Below are positions 1 through 9,376 of a DNA stretch of 64,000 bases, in pieces. The notes beneath the pieces are model-generated. The model was not told the origin of the DNA and searched no databases. It saw only the letters and a program-made list of their open reading frames with translations. How positions within the stretch are numbered: position 1 is the first letter of the stretch; every line of letters starts with the position of its first letter. The stretch is from Trypanosoma brucei (Eukaryota). A program made the position numbers and the translations under genes. The DNA lies in assembly GCA_000002445.1 (NCBI GenBank), contig CP000069.1, forward strand, positions 224,001-288,000. Reading direction: 5' to 3'.

Positions 1-236
1 CCCCTGCATCAAGTAGGACATACTGAATCCGCGAAGGCTCTCCGGCTTTCGTGAGGTGTTTCTAGCAACTATCACCTTTGTTTCTTCAACTTCTTGATTT
101 ATTGTCTTTTACTCATCTATTATCTCCCTTTTCTTTAGGTCCTGCATGTCAAAAAGTATACTGTCATATTGGGCGGGAAATCATATCATAACTGTGGTAT
201 GGTTTTGAGGGTTGCAGTCTTTTACCGTGCTGGTTA
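1..236. repeat. 236-bp direct repeat, copy A (5' extent cut by window edge); near-identical copy at 8637..8872
   Basis: Read directly: 1..236 and 8637..8872 are identical except 3 substitutions (pos ~136 t/c, ~151 c/t, ~152 a/t). Similarity ends abruptly after ccgtgctggt in both copies. Confidence 0.85.
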
Positions 237-1449
237 GCTCCACGGCCTCCACCGAAAAGGGGAGAGCCCGAACGCTGGTTTCCCCATTTCCCCGTCTTTT
301 CGATCAAGAACCCCTTGCTTTTAGTAGGTATTAGATCGGTAACTGGGAGATTGTAGCGGGTGTTCGTGTGTGGGGAGCGTTGCGCACTCGCACGGTTTTA
401 AAATGGTTGTTATGTCAAAGCTGTTATTTCCCTTTTGTTCACTATGCCATTTGTTAACCATCTTCCAGTTGTTTGTTATACTCCTATCGATGGATTGTCA
501 CTCCTTCAAATATGGTGCTGTAGTTTGAATACTCTCTTGGTGTGCCGCAAAGTGTGGGATACATAACGTGCCACAAGCTAGCGCTTCCAAGGGGGTTTAA
601 ACTCGGGAACTGTGAGTGTGAGTCTCGAACCAATGCGATGGTTCTGGTCTGCGCTGAAGGACATTTTATAGGGCCCCCGGATCCTCCCTGTGCCCAACTC
701 GGTGATGCTGAGGTCGATGAATTCCTTCGTTCGCTACGAAACAAAGCATTGGGTTTGGTGGCATTTAGTGCGGTGCCTTCGATGGTGTTGTGCTTTCCTC
801 TCCTGGAATGTGCTGGCTCGGGTTAAGATTTTAGCGGGTGCGGGGGAATGCGGCCCAACTTTTTTGCGCGAAATCTCTTGCATTGACTTGCCGCGTAACC
901 CATGGTGGTTTCGTCAGCCTGGTAGGAGCTGAGACAGCAGCATAATGGGTGGATTCTCGTATCCATTCGTGTGGGCATGCTCCCCACTTGCATGGGTTCC
1001 ATTTTTGAAACATTGGTGCACTGGGGGTGTGTTCCGTAGGAAGGGCCGCGCGGTTGGGGCTTTAAAAGCACGACTGTAACATCTATATAGTGAAGTGGCG
1101 GGTGTACGAGTTGGGAGTGCAACATTTGAGTGCGGTGTTTGTCCTGCATGCCCCCGACTGCTGGTTTTCAGACTTCTTCGATGCCCGGTGTTTCGTAGCA
1201 AAACATACCGCTGCCGGCCTAAATGCCGCTGATTCACCACAAAGTGCTTTTCAGTGCCCCCAAACTGGATTGCCAAACTTCTGACAAGTGTATTGTTCCG
1301 AGTATGGTGAGCGGACCCCTTCTCTATTATCAATTCTCAAAAACTCTTCGGGAGTCAGGGCCCACGGAACCGAGGGGGCGGATGAGGGAGAGGGGGAAAC
1401 AACAATTCCGCACCGCGAACAGGCACCGCTCCCCTGGACCTCTTCCTCA

Positions 1450-1740
1450 GATGTGAGGTGCAGTCAGCCTTTGTTGTCATTGGGGTTAAGCGGAAAGGTG
1501 TGTGTCAGTAGGTTGTGAGGTGAAAGCGTTTTCAGATGCATAGTGAGCTTAATGTCCTTTTCACAGTATATCGTGTCTGATAGGTATCTCTTATTAGTAT
1601 AGTCGAATACTAGTCAATAGTGCATTTTGTGCAAAATGTCCATTTTGTGGCAGTGATGGGGTTGCTTTATGCTATTCCGTGTCTCTGGGTGGGCGTGCAT
1701 TGAAAATAGGGGTTATCGGGTGAGTACTGAGTTTAACATG
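1450..1740 (+). promoter_or_regulatory. Procyclin (GPEET/EP3/PAG3 unit) promoter region, RNA polymerase I type in T. brucei; boundaries approximate
   Basis: Lies immediately upstream of the first procyclin gene's polypyrimidine tract and AG acceptor (approx 1771..1805). Procyclin promoters are known to occupy ~250 bp upstream of a start site ~100 nt 5' of the splice acceptor. Position is inferred; no promoter motif was verified. Confidence 0.45.
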
Positions 1741-1780
1741 TTCTCGTGATCGCTGCACGCGCCTTCGAGTTTTTTTTCCT

Positions 1781-1922
1781 TTTCCCCATTTTTTTCAACT
1801 TGAAGACTTCAATTACACCAAAAAGTAAAATTCACAATGGCACCTCGTTCCCTTTATCTGCTCGCTATTCTTCTGTTCAGCGCGAACGTCTTCGCTGGCG
1901 TGGGATTTGCCGCAGCCGCTGA
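1781..1922 (+). repeat. Duplicated 5' flank, copy 1: polypyrimidine tract, AG trans-splice acceptor, 5'UTR and first ~28 codons (signal peptide); copy 2 at 3059..3200
   Basis: 56 nt before the ATG (tttccccatttttttcaacttgaagacttcaattacaccaaaaagtaaaattcaca) are identical upstream of both procyclin genes. Coding identity continues through [26 protein letters not shown]. Confidence 0.85.
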
Positions 1923-2181
1923 TGAGTCGGCTAGCAACGTTATCGTGAAGGGAGGCAAAGGAAAGGAGAGGGAGGACGGCCCTGAGGAGCCGGAAGAAAC
2001 CGGACCAGAAGAGACCGGACCAGAAGAAACCGGACCAGAAGAGACGGGGCCGGAGGAGACGGGGCCGGAAGAGACGGGACCAGAGGAAACTGAACCTGAA
2101 CCTGAACCTGGTGCTGCAACGCTGAAATCTGTTGCACTTCCGATTGCAGTCGCGGCTGCTGCTCTCGTTGCCGCATTCTAA
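1837..2181 (+). CDS. GPEET: GPEET procyclin (major early procyclic surface glycoprotein), 114 aa
   Basis: ATG verified at 1837. N-terminal signal peptide, KGGKGK motif, 6x GPEET pentapeptide repeats plus EPEPEP, and C-terminal hydrophobic GPI-attachment signal ([23 protein letters not shown]). This architecture is unique to T. brucei-group GPEET procyclin. Confidence 0.95.
   Translation: MAPRSLYLLAILLFSANVFAGVGFAAAADESASNVIVKGGKGKEREDGPEEPEETGPEETGPEETGPEETGPEETGPEETGPEETEPEPEPGAATLKSVALPIAVAAAALVAAF
1978..2109 (+). repeat. Acidic repeat array GPEEPEET-(GPEET)x6-EPEPEP encoded by 15-nt units with synonymous wobble variation
   Basis: Tandem variants of gagac(c/g)gg(a/g)cc(a/g)ga(a/g) are visible at 2002..2091. 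Confidence 0.9.
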
Positions 2182-2384
2182 GCGGATGCAAGCGTGTGAA
2201 GCGCCTCGGAGGAACGAAACCCCTTTGAAAAGGTGGCTTTCGTTTATATATTCTCCATCTGGTGCATCGTGTTTATTTCGTATTATTCCCTGTCAAAAGC
2301 TGCGGATATTCATTTAATATTCTTTTCGTTATATTTTTTTAGTTCTATCCTTTATTTTATCCGTTTTAATCGTCTTCTGAGACC

Positions 2385-2406
2385 CACAGCCCTGTAGATT
2401 TCTGTG
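2385..2406 (+). promoter_or_regulatory. 3'UTR stem-loop (stem CACAG/CUGUG, loop CCCUGUAGAUUU); probably the conserved procyclin 16-mer translational element
   Basis: Inverted repeat read in the sequence. The same loop sits in a compensatory stem in the EP3 3'UTR (3708..3733). Identification as the 16-mer is from memory of the literature, not verified. Confidence 0.6.
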
Positions 2407-2602
2407 ATGTTTCGGTTGCGTATTCCATAATTTTAAGCGTTTCACTTCTATTTTTTTTCATTCCTTTGAATTTGGATCTTAAAATTATTATTGGTGCCTT
2501 GTGTTATTGTGCGTGCTGCGTGTGAATTTGGTGCTCTGCCTTTTAATTTGTTGGATGAGCTATTTCATTAATTTTTTTGCCTTCTCTTCTTTTGGGTTCG
2601 AA

Positions 2603-2647
2603 TAATAGTTCCTTCTAAACCTTCAGGCCAGAAATGGGAAACAAGTG
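2603..2647 (+). promoter_or_regulatory. Conserved ~45-nt intergenic block (aatagttccttctaaaccttcaggccagaaatgggaaacaagtg), copy 1; copy 2 at 3936..3980
   Basis: ~88% identical block found ~420 nt downstream of the stop codons of both GPEET and EP3, although the surrounding downstream sequence is otherwise diverged. Confidence 0.5.
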
Positions 2648-3058
2648 TTAGACCGGCCAACTTGGGCGAAGGGGTCTGCATGTTGCTTTATTTCATTGGT
2701 GGTTTTATGTGCAGTGTTTCCCTGCTTCAGATGGGCCCCGCAGCTGAAGTTGTTTCGCTGCCCTGCCCCCCACTGCTGCGTTGCTGCTGGAGAAACGATG
2801 TTGGAGGTTGACGGGTGTGTGCTTTTGAAGACTTTGTATGAATATGGAAGGAAGCTCGCAGCGGTTACTACAGGCAGTTAAGGGCTGAGTGCTGTGCCTT
2901 TTCTATTGCCTCTCCCCCTCTTGAGCTATTCTTGTCGGGAGAGTGATTTATATATCCGAGTTTCGGTTAATTGTCCCTTAGGGATGAAAGGCACCTCAGA
3001 GATGAGAGGGCAATGCAACGCTGGTTATCCCAGTTGATGTGCGCATTCATATATACCA

Positions 3059-3200
3059 TTTCCCCATTTTTTTCAACTTGAAGACTTCAATTACACCAAA
3101 AAGTAAAATTCACAATGGCACCTCGTTCCCTTTATCTGCTCGCTGTTCTTCTGTTCAGCGCGAACCTCTTCGCTGGCGTGGGATTTGCCGCAGCCGCTGA
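3059..3200 (+). repeat. Duplicated 5' flank, copy 2 (polypyrimidine tract, splice acceptor, 5'UTR, signal-peptide codons)
   Basis: See 1781..1922. Confidence 0.85.
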
Positions 3201-3504
3201 AGGACCAGAAGACAAGGGTCTTACTAAGGGAGGCAAAGGCAAAGGCGGGAAGGGAACCAAGGTCAGCGACGACGATACCAATGGCACTGACCCTGAACCC
3301 GAACCTGAACCTGAACCTGAACCTGAACCCGAGCCAGAGCCAGAACCTGAACCGGAACCCGAACCCGAACCTGAACCTGAACCTGAACCCGAACCTGAAC
3401 CCGAGCCAGAGCCAGAACCAGAACCTGAACCTGGTGCTGCAACGCTGAAGTCTGTTGCACTTCCGTTTGCAATCGCGGCCGTTGGTCTCGTTGCCGCATT
3501 CTAA
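3115..3504 (+). CDS. EP3: EP procyclin (EP3-type, with N-glycosylation sequon NGT before the EP repeat), 129 aa
   Basis: ATG verified at 3115. Signal peptide almost identical to [15 protein letters not shown] motif, DDDTNGTD, ~23 EP dipeptide repeats, and C-terminal GPI signal. A tandem GPEET-EP arrangement is characteristic of the chromosome-6 procyclin locus. Confidence 0.93.
3292..3432 (+). repeat. EP dipeptide repeat array (6-nt gaacc(t/c/g/a) units, ~23 copies)
   Basis: Direct reading of cctgaa/cccgaa/ccagag units. Confidence 0.9.
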
Positions 3505-3707
3505 GCTCATGTAAAGAGAAATCTTTTTGGAGGGTCAAAACTTTTTAACAAGGGTGACCCCAACTGTTTATTTAACCCTTCCTTTGGCGCGATGCGCTCG
3601 CTTCATGGCGTTCCTTTGTGACAGGACACTGACACGCATAATATTTTTTTCAACCCATTTTTTTGAGTTCTATTTTTTGTTTTATGTCTTGGAACCGTCG
3701 GCGGTAG

Positions 3708-3733
3708 CACGCAGCCCTGTAGACTTCTGCGTG
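3708..3733 (+). promoter_or_regulatory. 3'UTR stem-loop (stem CACGCAG/CUGCGUG, loop CCCUGUAGACUU), counterpart of 2385..2406
   Basis: The stem is 7 bp here versus 5 bp in GPEET. Base changes (A/U to G/C) are compensatory while the loop sequence is conserved, which is direct evidence for a selected RNA structure. Confidence 0.6.
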
Positions 3734-3935
3734 TGCCTGTCAATGTGTTCCTTGGCTCTTTTCAAACGGCTTCTTTTATCTTACCGTTCATATGGTTTTG
3801 TCAAAAATTCATTCACTGCATTTGTGGTCCTCTCCTATGTCTCGTTCCTGCAATGGTTGACAGCAACCTCTTCCATTTGTGACTGAACTTTTTTTTTTTC
3901 AAACTTTTTGCCTTGTCCTTTTTTCGTACTGGGAA

Positions 3936-3980
3936 AATAGTTCCTTCTAAAACCTCAGGCTAGAAATGGGAGACAAATGG
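3936..3980 (+). promoter_or_regulatory. Conserved ~45-nt intergenic block, copy 2
   Basis: See 2603..2647. Confidence 0.5.
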
Positions 3981-5295
3981 ACTTTTGTTGACTCAAGCGA
4001 TTTGTCCCTCGATATTTCCGCCATCGCAGCTTCCGTTTGACACCGTGGAGTTGCAACATGGGAAGCAGCGGTTGAAGGAAGCACATTCCTGGTGATGATT
4101 CCTTCCTCGCCTACGGTGGTGCATCATCATGTTTGTTAATATGTCGGGGAAACTTTAAAGCACCTTGAGGGAGTTCACCGTAACTGTTCAAAATTGAGGC
4201 CTGAGTGGTGTTTTGCCTTTTGACTTGCCTTTATTTAACTGTTCTCGTCAGGGGAGCGATTCAGTTGAGTGAGCTGCTGCCACTTTATCTGTTGGGGAGG
4301 AGAGGCTGTGGAGAGGGTAAGCGCGTTGTTTCCATGAACTTTACGTATTTACTGCACTGCCCTCTGTTTTGGTCCACTTTGTGAAATACTCTGGGACAAT
4401 CAATGGAGAGTGTGAGATTTTTTGAAATACTTCTGGAGCATTCACCGGCTCGTCGGTCGTCATATGTTCTCGCAGTGTTTTCTCTCCCATATTCTTCGGG
4501 GCGGTATTGCAGTGAAAGTGCCATGCGGGACGCGTGTCAGAGCAGTGTTTGATGTTCCGGAAGTCTTCGGAGTTAGAGGGCAAATGCTCCTCTTCTCCTT
4601 TCGTGCGGCTTGATTCTCATACCGAGGCTTCCACTAAGCAGGCTGCAACTCTTCTGCTGACTTTTTGGTTTATTCTTTTCCCATATTTCAGTGTTGGAGT
4701 GTTTCTCTTGCCGCCCTTGGGAATCGGGCACAGTCATATGAAGGCGCTTGCTTCGGCAGCCAAAGGTGGTTCCGTTTGGTATTTCTTGTGGAGACATTTG
4801 TCTTCCTTTCCTTTTCGGCCACCTCTTTTCCCATGGAGAAAGGCCTCTGGTACTGTCCTGCCCGATGATCTTTGCCCCGTTCGTTCCATCATGAATAATA
4901 GTTACAAAAGTGTGTGTCGGTACGGCGGTGGATATTTCCCCAATCGCTTTGGTTGCTTTTACTATTTTGCGGGGCGGTTTAAAGTTGGTAACTCAGTGCA
5001 CTTCCAAAAAAATTGCGACTCGTACATTTGGTTTTATATGGAGGGTGGAAGAGCCGAAAACGTGTATGTGCTTGCTTGGATGAGTCGGAAAATAAATTCT
5101 AGTTTCCGTGTATTTTCCGTTCATTACGTCATATATGGCTTGGCCTTTAGATTTGTGTAAGGTATGTTTCTTTTCGAAGTTGGTATGCTGGCGGACGTGT
5201 TTGTTTAATGTAAATCAGCCAAGGTGTAAGAGTAGCTGTAATGATAAGTTTCTGCTTCTCCCTTTTTTACTGATGAATGTAGAAACAAAATCACA

Positions 5296-6660
5296 ATGAT
5301 GCACGAATTAGTGTTTATCATTGGGTTGTTTGTGGCTGTTTTATCTGTTTCTTCTCAGAGCGATTTGTCGAGACACAATTGGAGCATAATATCTAGAAAC
5401 CGGAGTGTGTTTACAAAACTCGTTAGTGAGCTCAACAACCACCACAGCATTGGTGAATTCGAGGCACTTTGCAAGATTTACAGAATCACACAAGCGGAGA
5501 CACCGAAGTCTTCCTTTAAGAATCGTGAGAAGGAAGCTGAGATTCTGAAGAAGTTGGAGGAGATGGTCAGTGAAACTGAGGCTGTGGGTGGTGATAAAGG
5601 TTCAAGTAAGTTGGGTAAAAGAACGACGGCATATCAGGAGATAAAGATACTTCTTGAGAAGGCGAAAAAGCTGAAGGAAGAAATAGAAGTAAATAGGACA
5701 AGATCGCTAAATGCAAGTCGTTCTGCTGAGGAAAATATGTTGAGAGCTGTGTATGGCGACGCTGTGGATGTGGCGAGAAATGAAAATAAAACTCTGGAGG
5801 AAGCCATGAGAGGAAACAAATCACTACTGTTCAACAGTGTTGATCATGCAAATATGAGTTGTGGTTCTTACGGAGACAAACTGGTTGGAAAGACACTGAT
5901 CAATGACTTTTTCTGCCTATGTGTGGGAGAGGCTATAGATGTACAAATAAGAAGCAATATGTTTTCGGGACTCGAGTTAAGCTCGAATTACCACCCTGTG
6001 TATAATGGGTTTAACTGTCCCTGCAAGGATGAAATAAGGAGACCCCAAAATGGAAGTTGGACTATGATGGCTGATTATTGCCCAAGCAACTATAATACTT
6101 GCGACCCTAGAAAGGTAAAATACAACCATACTGAGGCATGGGATGTGATTAGTAAAGCTTGCGTGTACAAAAATGTTGCATCGAATGTGAAAACTCTGAA
6201 GAGTGCACTAGCTCAGTTTGATGCGTTGGTGAATTTAGAGCAGGATAATTATCAAATGAAGGGTATTCTTGGGTACGCGGATATTTCAGAAAACACAAAT
6301 CGCACATGCAACGGTCATACTGCTGGATTCACGTGTGTCAGTTACAATTACACACTTGAAAATGGTGGAATTCCATGGTACAACCGCCTCACTAACGCCA
6401 CCAAGGAACTACAAGAAATGGCGAAGTATGCCAAAGAGGCTGACAGTCATCTTCATGAATTGGAAGAGTACCAACATGAGGCAGAGGAAATATATCTTGA
6501 AGTGAAACTTGGTGGTGATGCAGAGCTATGGAAGAGTAGCCGAGGTAAGGGTTACAGTGGAGGTGATGATACTGATGTAAATAATGATGGGCTCAACTAT
6601 ATAAATATTACAACTGACTTTCTTATATTATTGTTTTCATCTTTTATTTGTATATCTTAG
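5296..6660 (+). CDS. PAG3: Procyclin-associated gene 3 (PAG3): secreted/GPI-anchored glycoprotein, 454 aa
   Basis: ATG verified at 5296. N-terminal signal peptide (MMHELVFIIGLFVAVLSVSSQ), at least 13 N-x-S/T sequons, a Cys-rich central region, and a C-terminal hydrophobic tail (TTDFLILLFSSFICIS) typical of a GPI signal. Its position as third gene of the GPEET/EP3 unit matches PAG3; my recollection is that PAG3 was described as ESAG2-related. Confidence 0.8.
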   Translation: MMHELVFIIGLFVAVLSVSSQSDLSRHNWSIISRNRSVFTKLVSELNNHHSIGEFEALCKIYRITQAETPKSSFKNREKEAEILKKLEEMVSETEAVGGDKGSSKLGKRTTAYQEIKILLEKAKKLKEEIEVNRTRSLNASRSAEENMLRAVYGDAVDVARNENKTLEEAMRGNKSLLFNSVDHANMSCGSYGDKLVGKTLINDFFCLCVGEAIDVQIRSNMFSGLELSSNYHPVYNGFNCPCKDEIRRPQNGSWTMMADYCPSNYNTCDPRKVKYNHTEAWDVISKACVYKNVASNVKTLKSALAQFDALVNLEQDNYQMKGILGYADISENTNRTCNGHTAGFTCVSYNYTLENGGIPWYNRLTNATKELQEMAKYAKEADSHLHELEEYQHEAEEIYLEVKLGGDAELWKSSRGKGYSGGDDTDVNNDGLNYINITTDFLILLFSSFICIS

Positions 6661-7234
6661 TTTGTGATTAATTTGGTAATTGCTTTGTGTGGTGTCGCTT
6701 TTTTTTTTTCTTTGTGGAGGGGAGGAGGAGGGATGTTGTATTTGTGTGCAGTTGTTTTCAAATTAATTATAAATTTGGTAACAAAAATTTCTGCAAATGT
6801 TGCTTTTGACTGTGTTTGAGCGTGGCTGTTGGGACGTTGACGGGGAATCGCCACGGCAGGGTCATTTCCCGAGAGGGTGCCGATACGTTGTGTTACTTTT
6901 TCATTTTCACATCGCGCAAGGATATGGGTATGCTACTATTAACAAATCATTTAGCTCCTATCTAGTACGCTCCGCTGCGGCAGAAAAATAAGGGGCCACG
7001 AGCCAAATTCTATGTGTCTACGAGCACTGTCAGCCTTCCAAGGACTCTCGGATCTCTATCGCAGCGAGTTTAGGTTAAAAGTGGGGTGAAGAACTCCTCC
7101 TTCTGCTTGTTCCGACCGAACATAGAGGCGTGACGGCAGCTCCTTCGTTTCCATCCACGGAGGACACAACATTCGCTGAATTATCTCTTAATGGAGCGTT
7201 TTTTTGTTTTTAAGTGTAAAATAACTGTTTGGTG

Positions 7235-7261
7235 TATATATATATATATATATATATATAT
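7235..7261. repeat. (TA)13 microsatellite
   Basis: Direct reading. Confidence 0.95.
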
Positions 7262-8636
7262 TGACTGAAAGAAGGAGTCGAGAGCGTCTTTTCCGAGTGC
7301 ACTTTTCTCCGGCGGATCTCCCACTAACCTGTGCCGTAGGGCTATGGCTCCCAAAACACGTGTAAACACTACTGTATGATGTGGGTTATCGTGTTCATTG
7401 GCGTGGTAGTACTCTTTAATCCAGCGTATTCCATGTTTGATGTCATTGTGTATTTAGAAGCCCACTTTGGAGTAGATCCTTATCCCGGCCTCGGAGGGGA
7501 TACTGCACACAGTTGCAACGCGTTGACGATGGAGCTCTGGGGCGCTGTTGGTTAGGTTTTCAAGTTTTGGAGTGACCCAATCTGTGTATTTTCTAGAGCT
7601 GAACCGTTAAGCTGCTGAGGGATGCATATTTATGCGGTCACTGTTAACTTCAAATGAGTTGTTCATCTGCTGAAGCCGTTTCCCCGGACGGTGGCTCTTT
7701 ATCTCCCTATGTGTTATCCTGGCTTCACTTTGTAAGGCCACTGCCTTCACTAGGTTTGTTTTCCTGGTGTCTGACCCTTTTCTGTGGAGGTATCCCGCCT
7801 TTCAATTTGCTTGCGATGTTGCATTCCCTGAACTGTGGCGGATTTGATTCTGTAGCCTTTTCCGTTGGGAGAGCCAAGCTCTCAGTCATTCTCCAACCCT
7901 GTGTTTCACCACTTGTTTTTACTTTGTTTTTATACCTTCGTTTGATTCTGTAATTTTCGTTGCGCGTTTAGTCTGCGCCTACTCCGCTCTCACTGTTTAT
8001 CTTCAGTTACTTGCTCACAGAAAGTCTGAGCAGATTCGTGGCAGCTTGTTCCCACTTTACGCATTTATCGACGGGCAAATTCTCGTTACCCTGCGAAGGT
8101 GCTCTGGGACTTGGTAAGTAATCAGCTTCTTTTGCTGGCACAACATTTCGGTTTGTTTCAGTAGCTTGGTGACGAGACGTTTTATCACCATCTGGGTTTT
8201 ACTGTTTCTCGCCTGTGTCTACGTGGCCGTTGTTTTGTGGCTTAACCGTCCCTCTGGACTGAATGTTTGAAGCTATATTCATGAAGAACTGCGCGAGTTC
8301 CACGTATTGGTTCCTTCCTTTTCTGTTCCACTGCGCTCATCAACCCCATTCCTTCTCATCCTTGGTGTCCTCGAGTTTTTGGAGGAAGTGCCTGATCGTC
8401 TCTCGGTATTCTGTTCTTCCGTTGTTGCGAACCTCCCTTCACTTCCCTTCCCGACTGTGCACTATTTTTTGTTTTTGCACCACGTAAGTCTGGCTTGTCT
8501 GAGGAGTTTCAAATATTACCCTGAACGCCGCCTGCTTTCCGTTGTTATGTTCCACCTCTTTGTGCCTCCATCCGTAGTTGTTCCTGGGGCGATGACAATT
8601 CCAGGATCGTGCTACCGTGTGTGCGTTAGATTACCG

Positions 8637-8872
8637 CCCCCTGCATCAAGTAGGACATACTGAATCCGCGAAGGCTCTCCGGCTTTCGTGAGGTGTTTCT
8701 AGCAACTATCACCTTTGTTTCTTCAACTTCTTGATTTATTGTCTTTTACTCATCTATTATCTCCCTTTTCTTCAGGTCCTGCATGTTAAAAAGTATACTG
8801 TCATATTGGGCGGGAAATCATATCATAACTGTGGTATGGTTTTGAGGGTTGCAGTCTTTTACCGTGCTGGTG
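8637..8872. repeat. 236-bp direct repeat, copy B
   Basis: See copy A at 1..236. Confidence 0.85.
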
Positions 8873-9376
8873 GCGGCTTTGCCGTCAGAATTCTTGCCGC
8901 ATACTTTGAGGTTGTATGTGCTATTCATGAATTTACGATATTCTTTTGCTATATCTTCTGAGCCAGCAGCGGCTTTGCCCGACGGAGCACAACAGCAGTC
9001 ATTTTCATTCAGCCTTTCCGCAACTGCCCTCCTCGCATATCATACTCACCGTCCACACAACATAACTTCCAATTTTATTGAAAAAGAAATTACACAACAG
9101 ATCTTGCTTGACATTTCCCCCCATATGCTGTGTCGTGTTTTACTTGGTCCTTAACCTCTGCCGCATCATTTTCTTTCTGCATCTATGTCTGACGTGCCTT
9201 TCTGCCATGCAAATGTTCAGTCATGCTCCGCGCTTACATTGCTCGTCGACCTTCGCCATGTCGCCATGTCAGCGTTGTATGCTCCTCGGTCTCCTATTTG
9301 AAACTTTGTGATATCCATCGCTGCCTCTTGTTTCGTCGGAAGTCAGGGATATATTTCACGTTCCTTCACCGCCTTG

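Noticed and set aside
2590-2605. gggttcgaat motif resembling a tRNA T-loop/B-box
   Set aside because: No acceptor stem, D-arm/A-box or anticodon arm can be built around it. It is part of the conserved 45-nt intergenic block instead.
1940-3538. Antisense and alternate-frame ORFs across the GPEET/EP repeat arrays (1940-2191 -, 3091-3510 -, 3185-3448 +, 3263-3538 -) with FRFRFG / NLNLNL / VQVQVQ repeats
   Set aside because: They are pure translation artefacts of the 6-nt and 15-nt coding repeats read in other frames or on the other strand. They have no start context and no independent features.
4534-5160. 208-aa plus-strand ORF between EP3 and PAG3
   Set aside because: It lies in the EP3 3'UTR / intergenic region and has no recognisable domains. 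Its composition is typical of random ORFs in GC-balanced trypanosome intergenic DNA, and it is not conserved relative to the GPEET flank.
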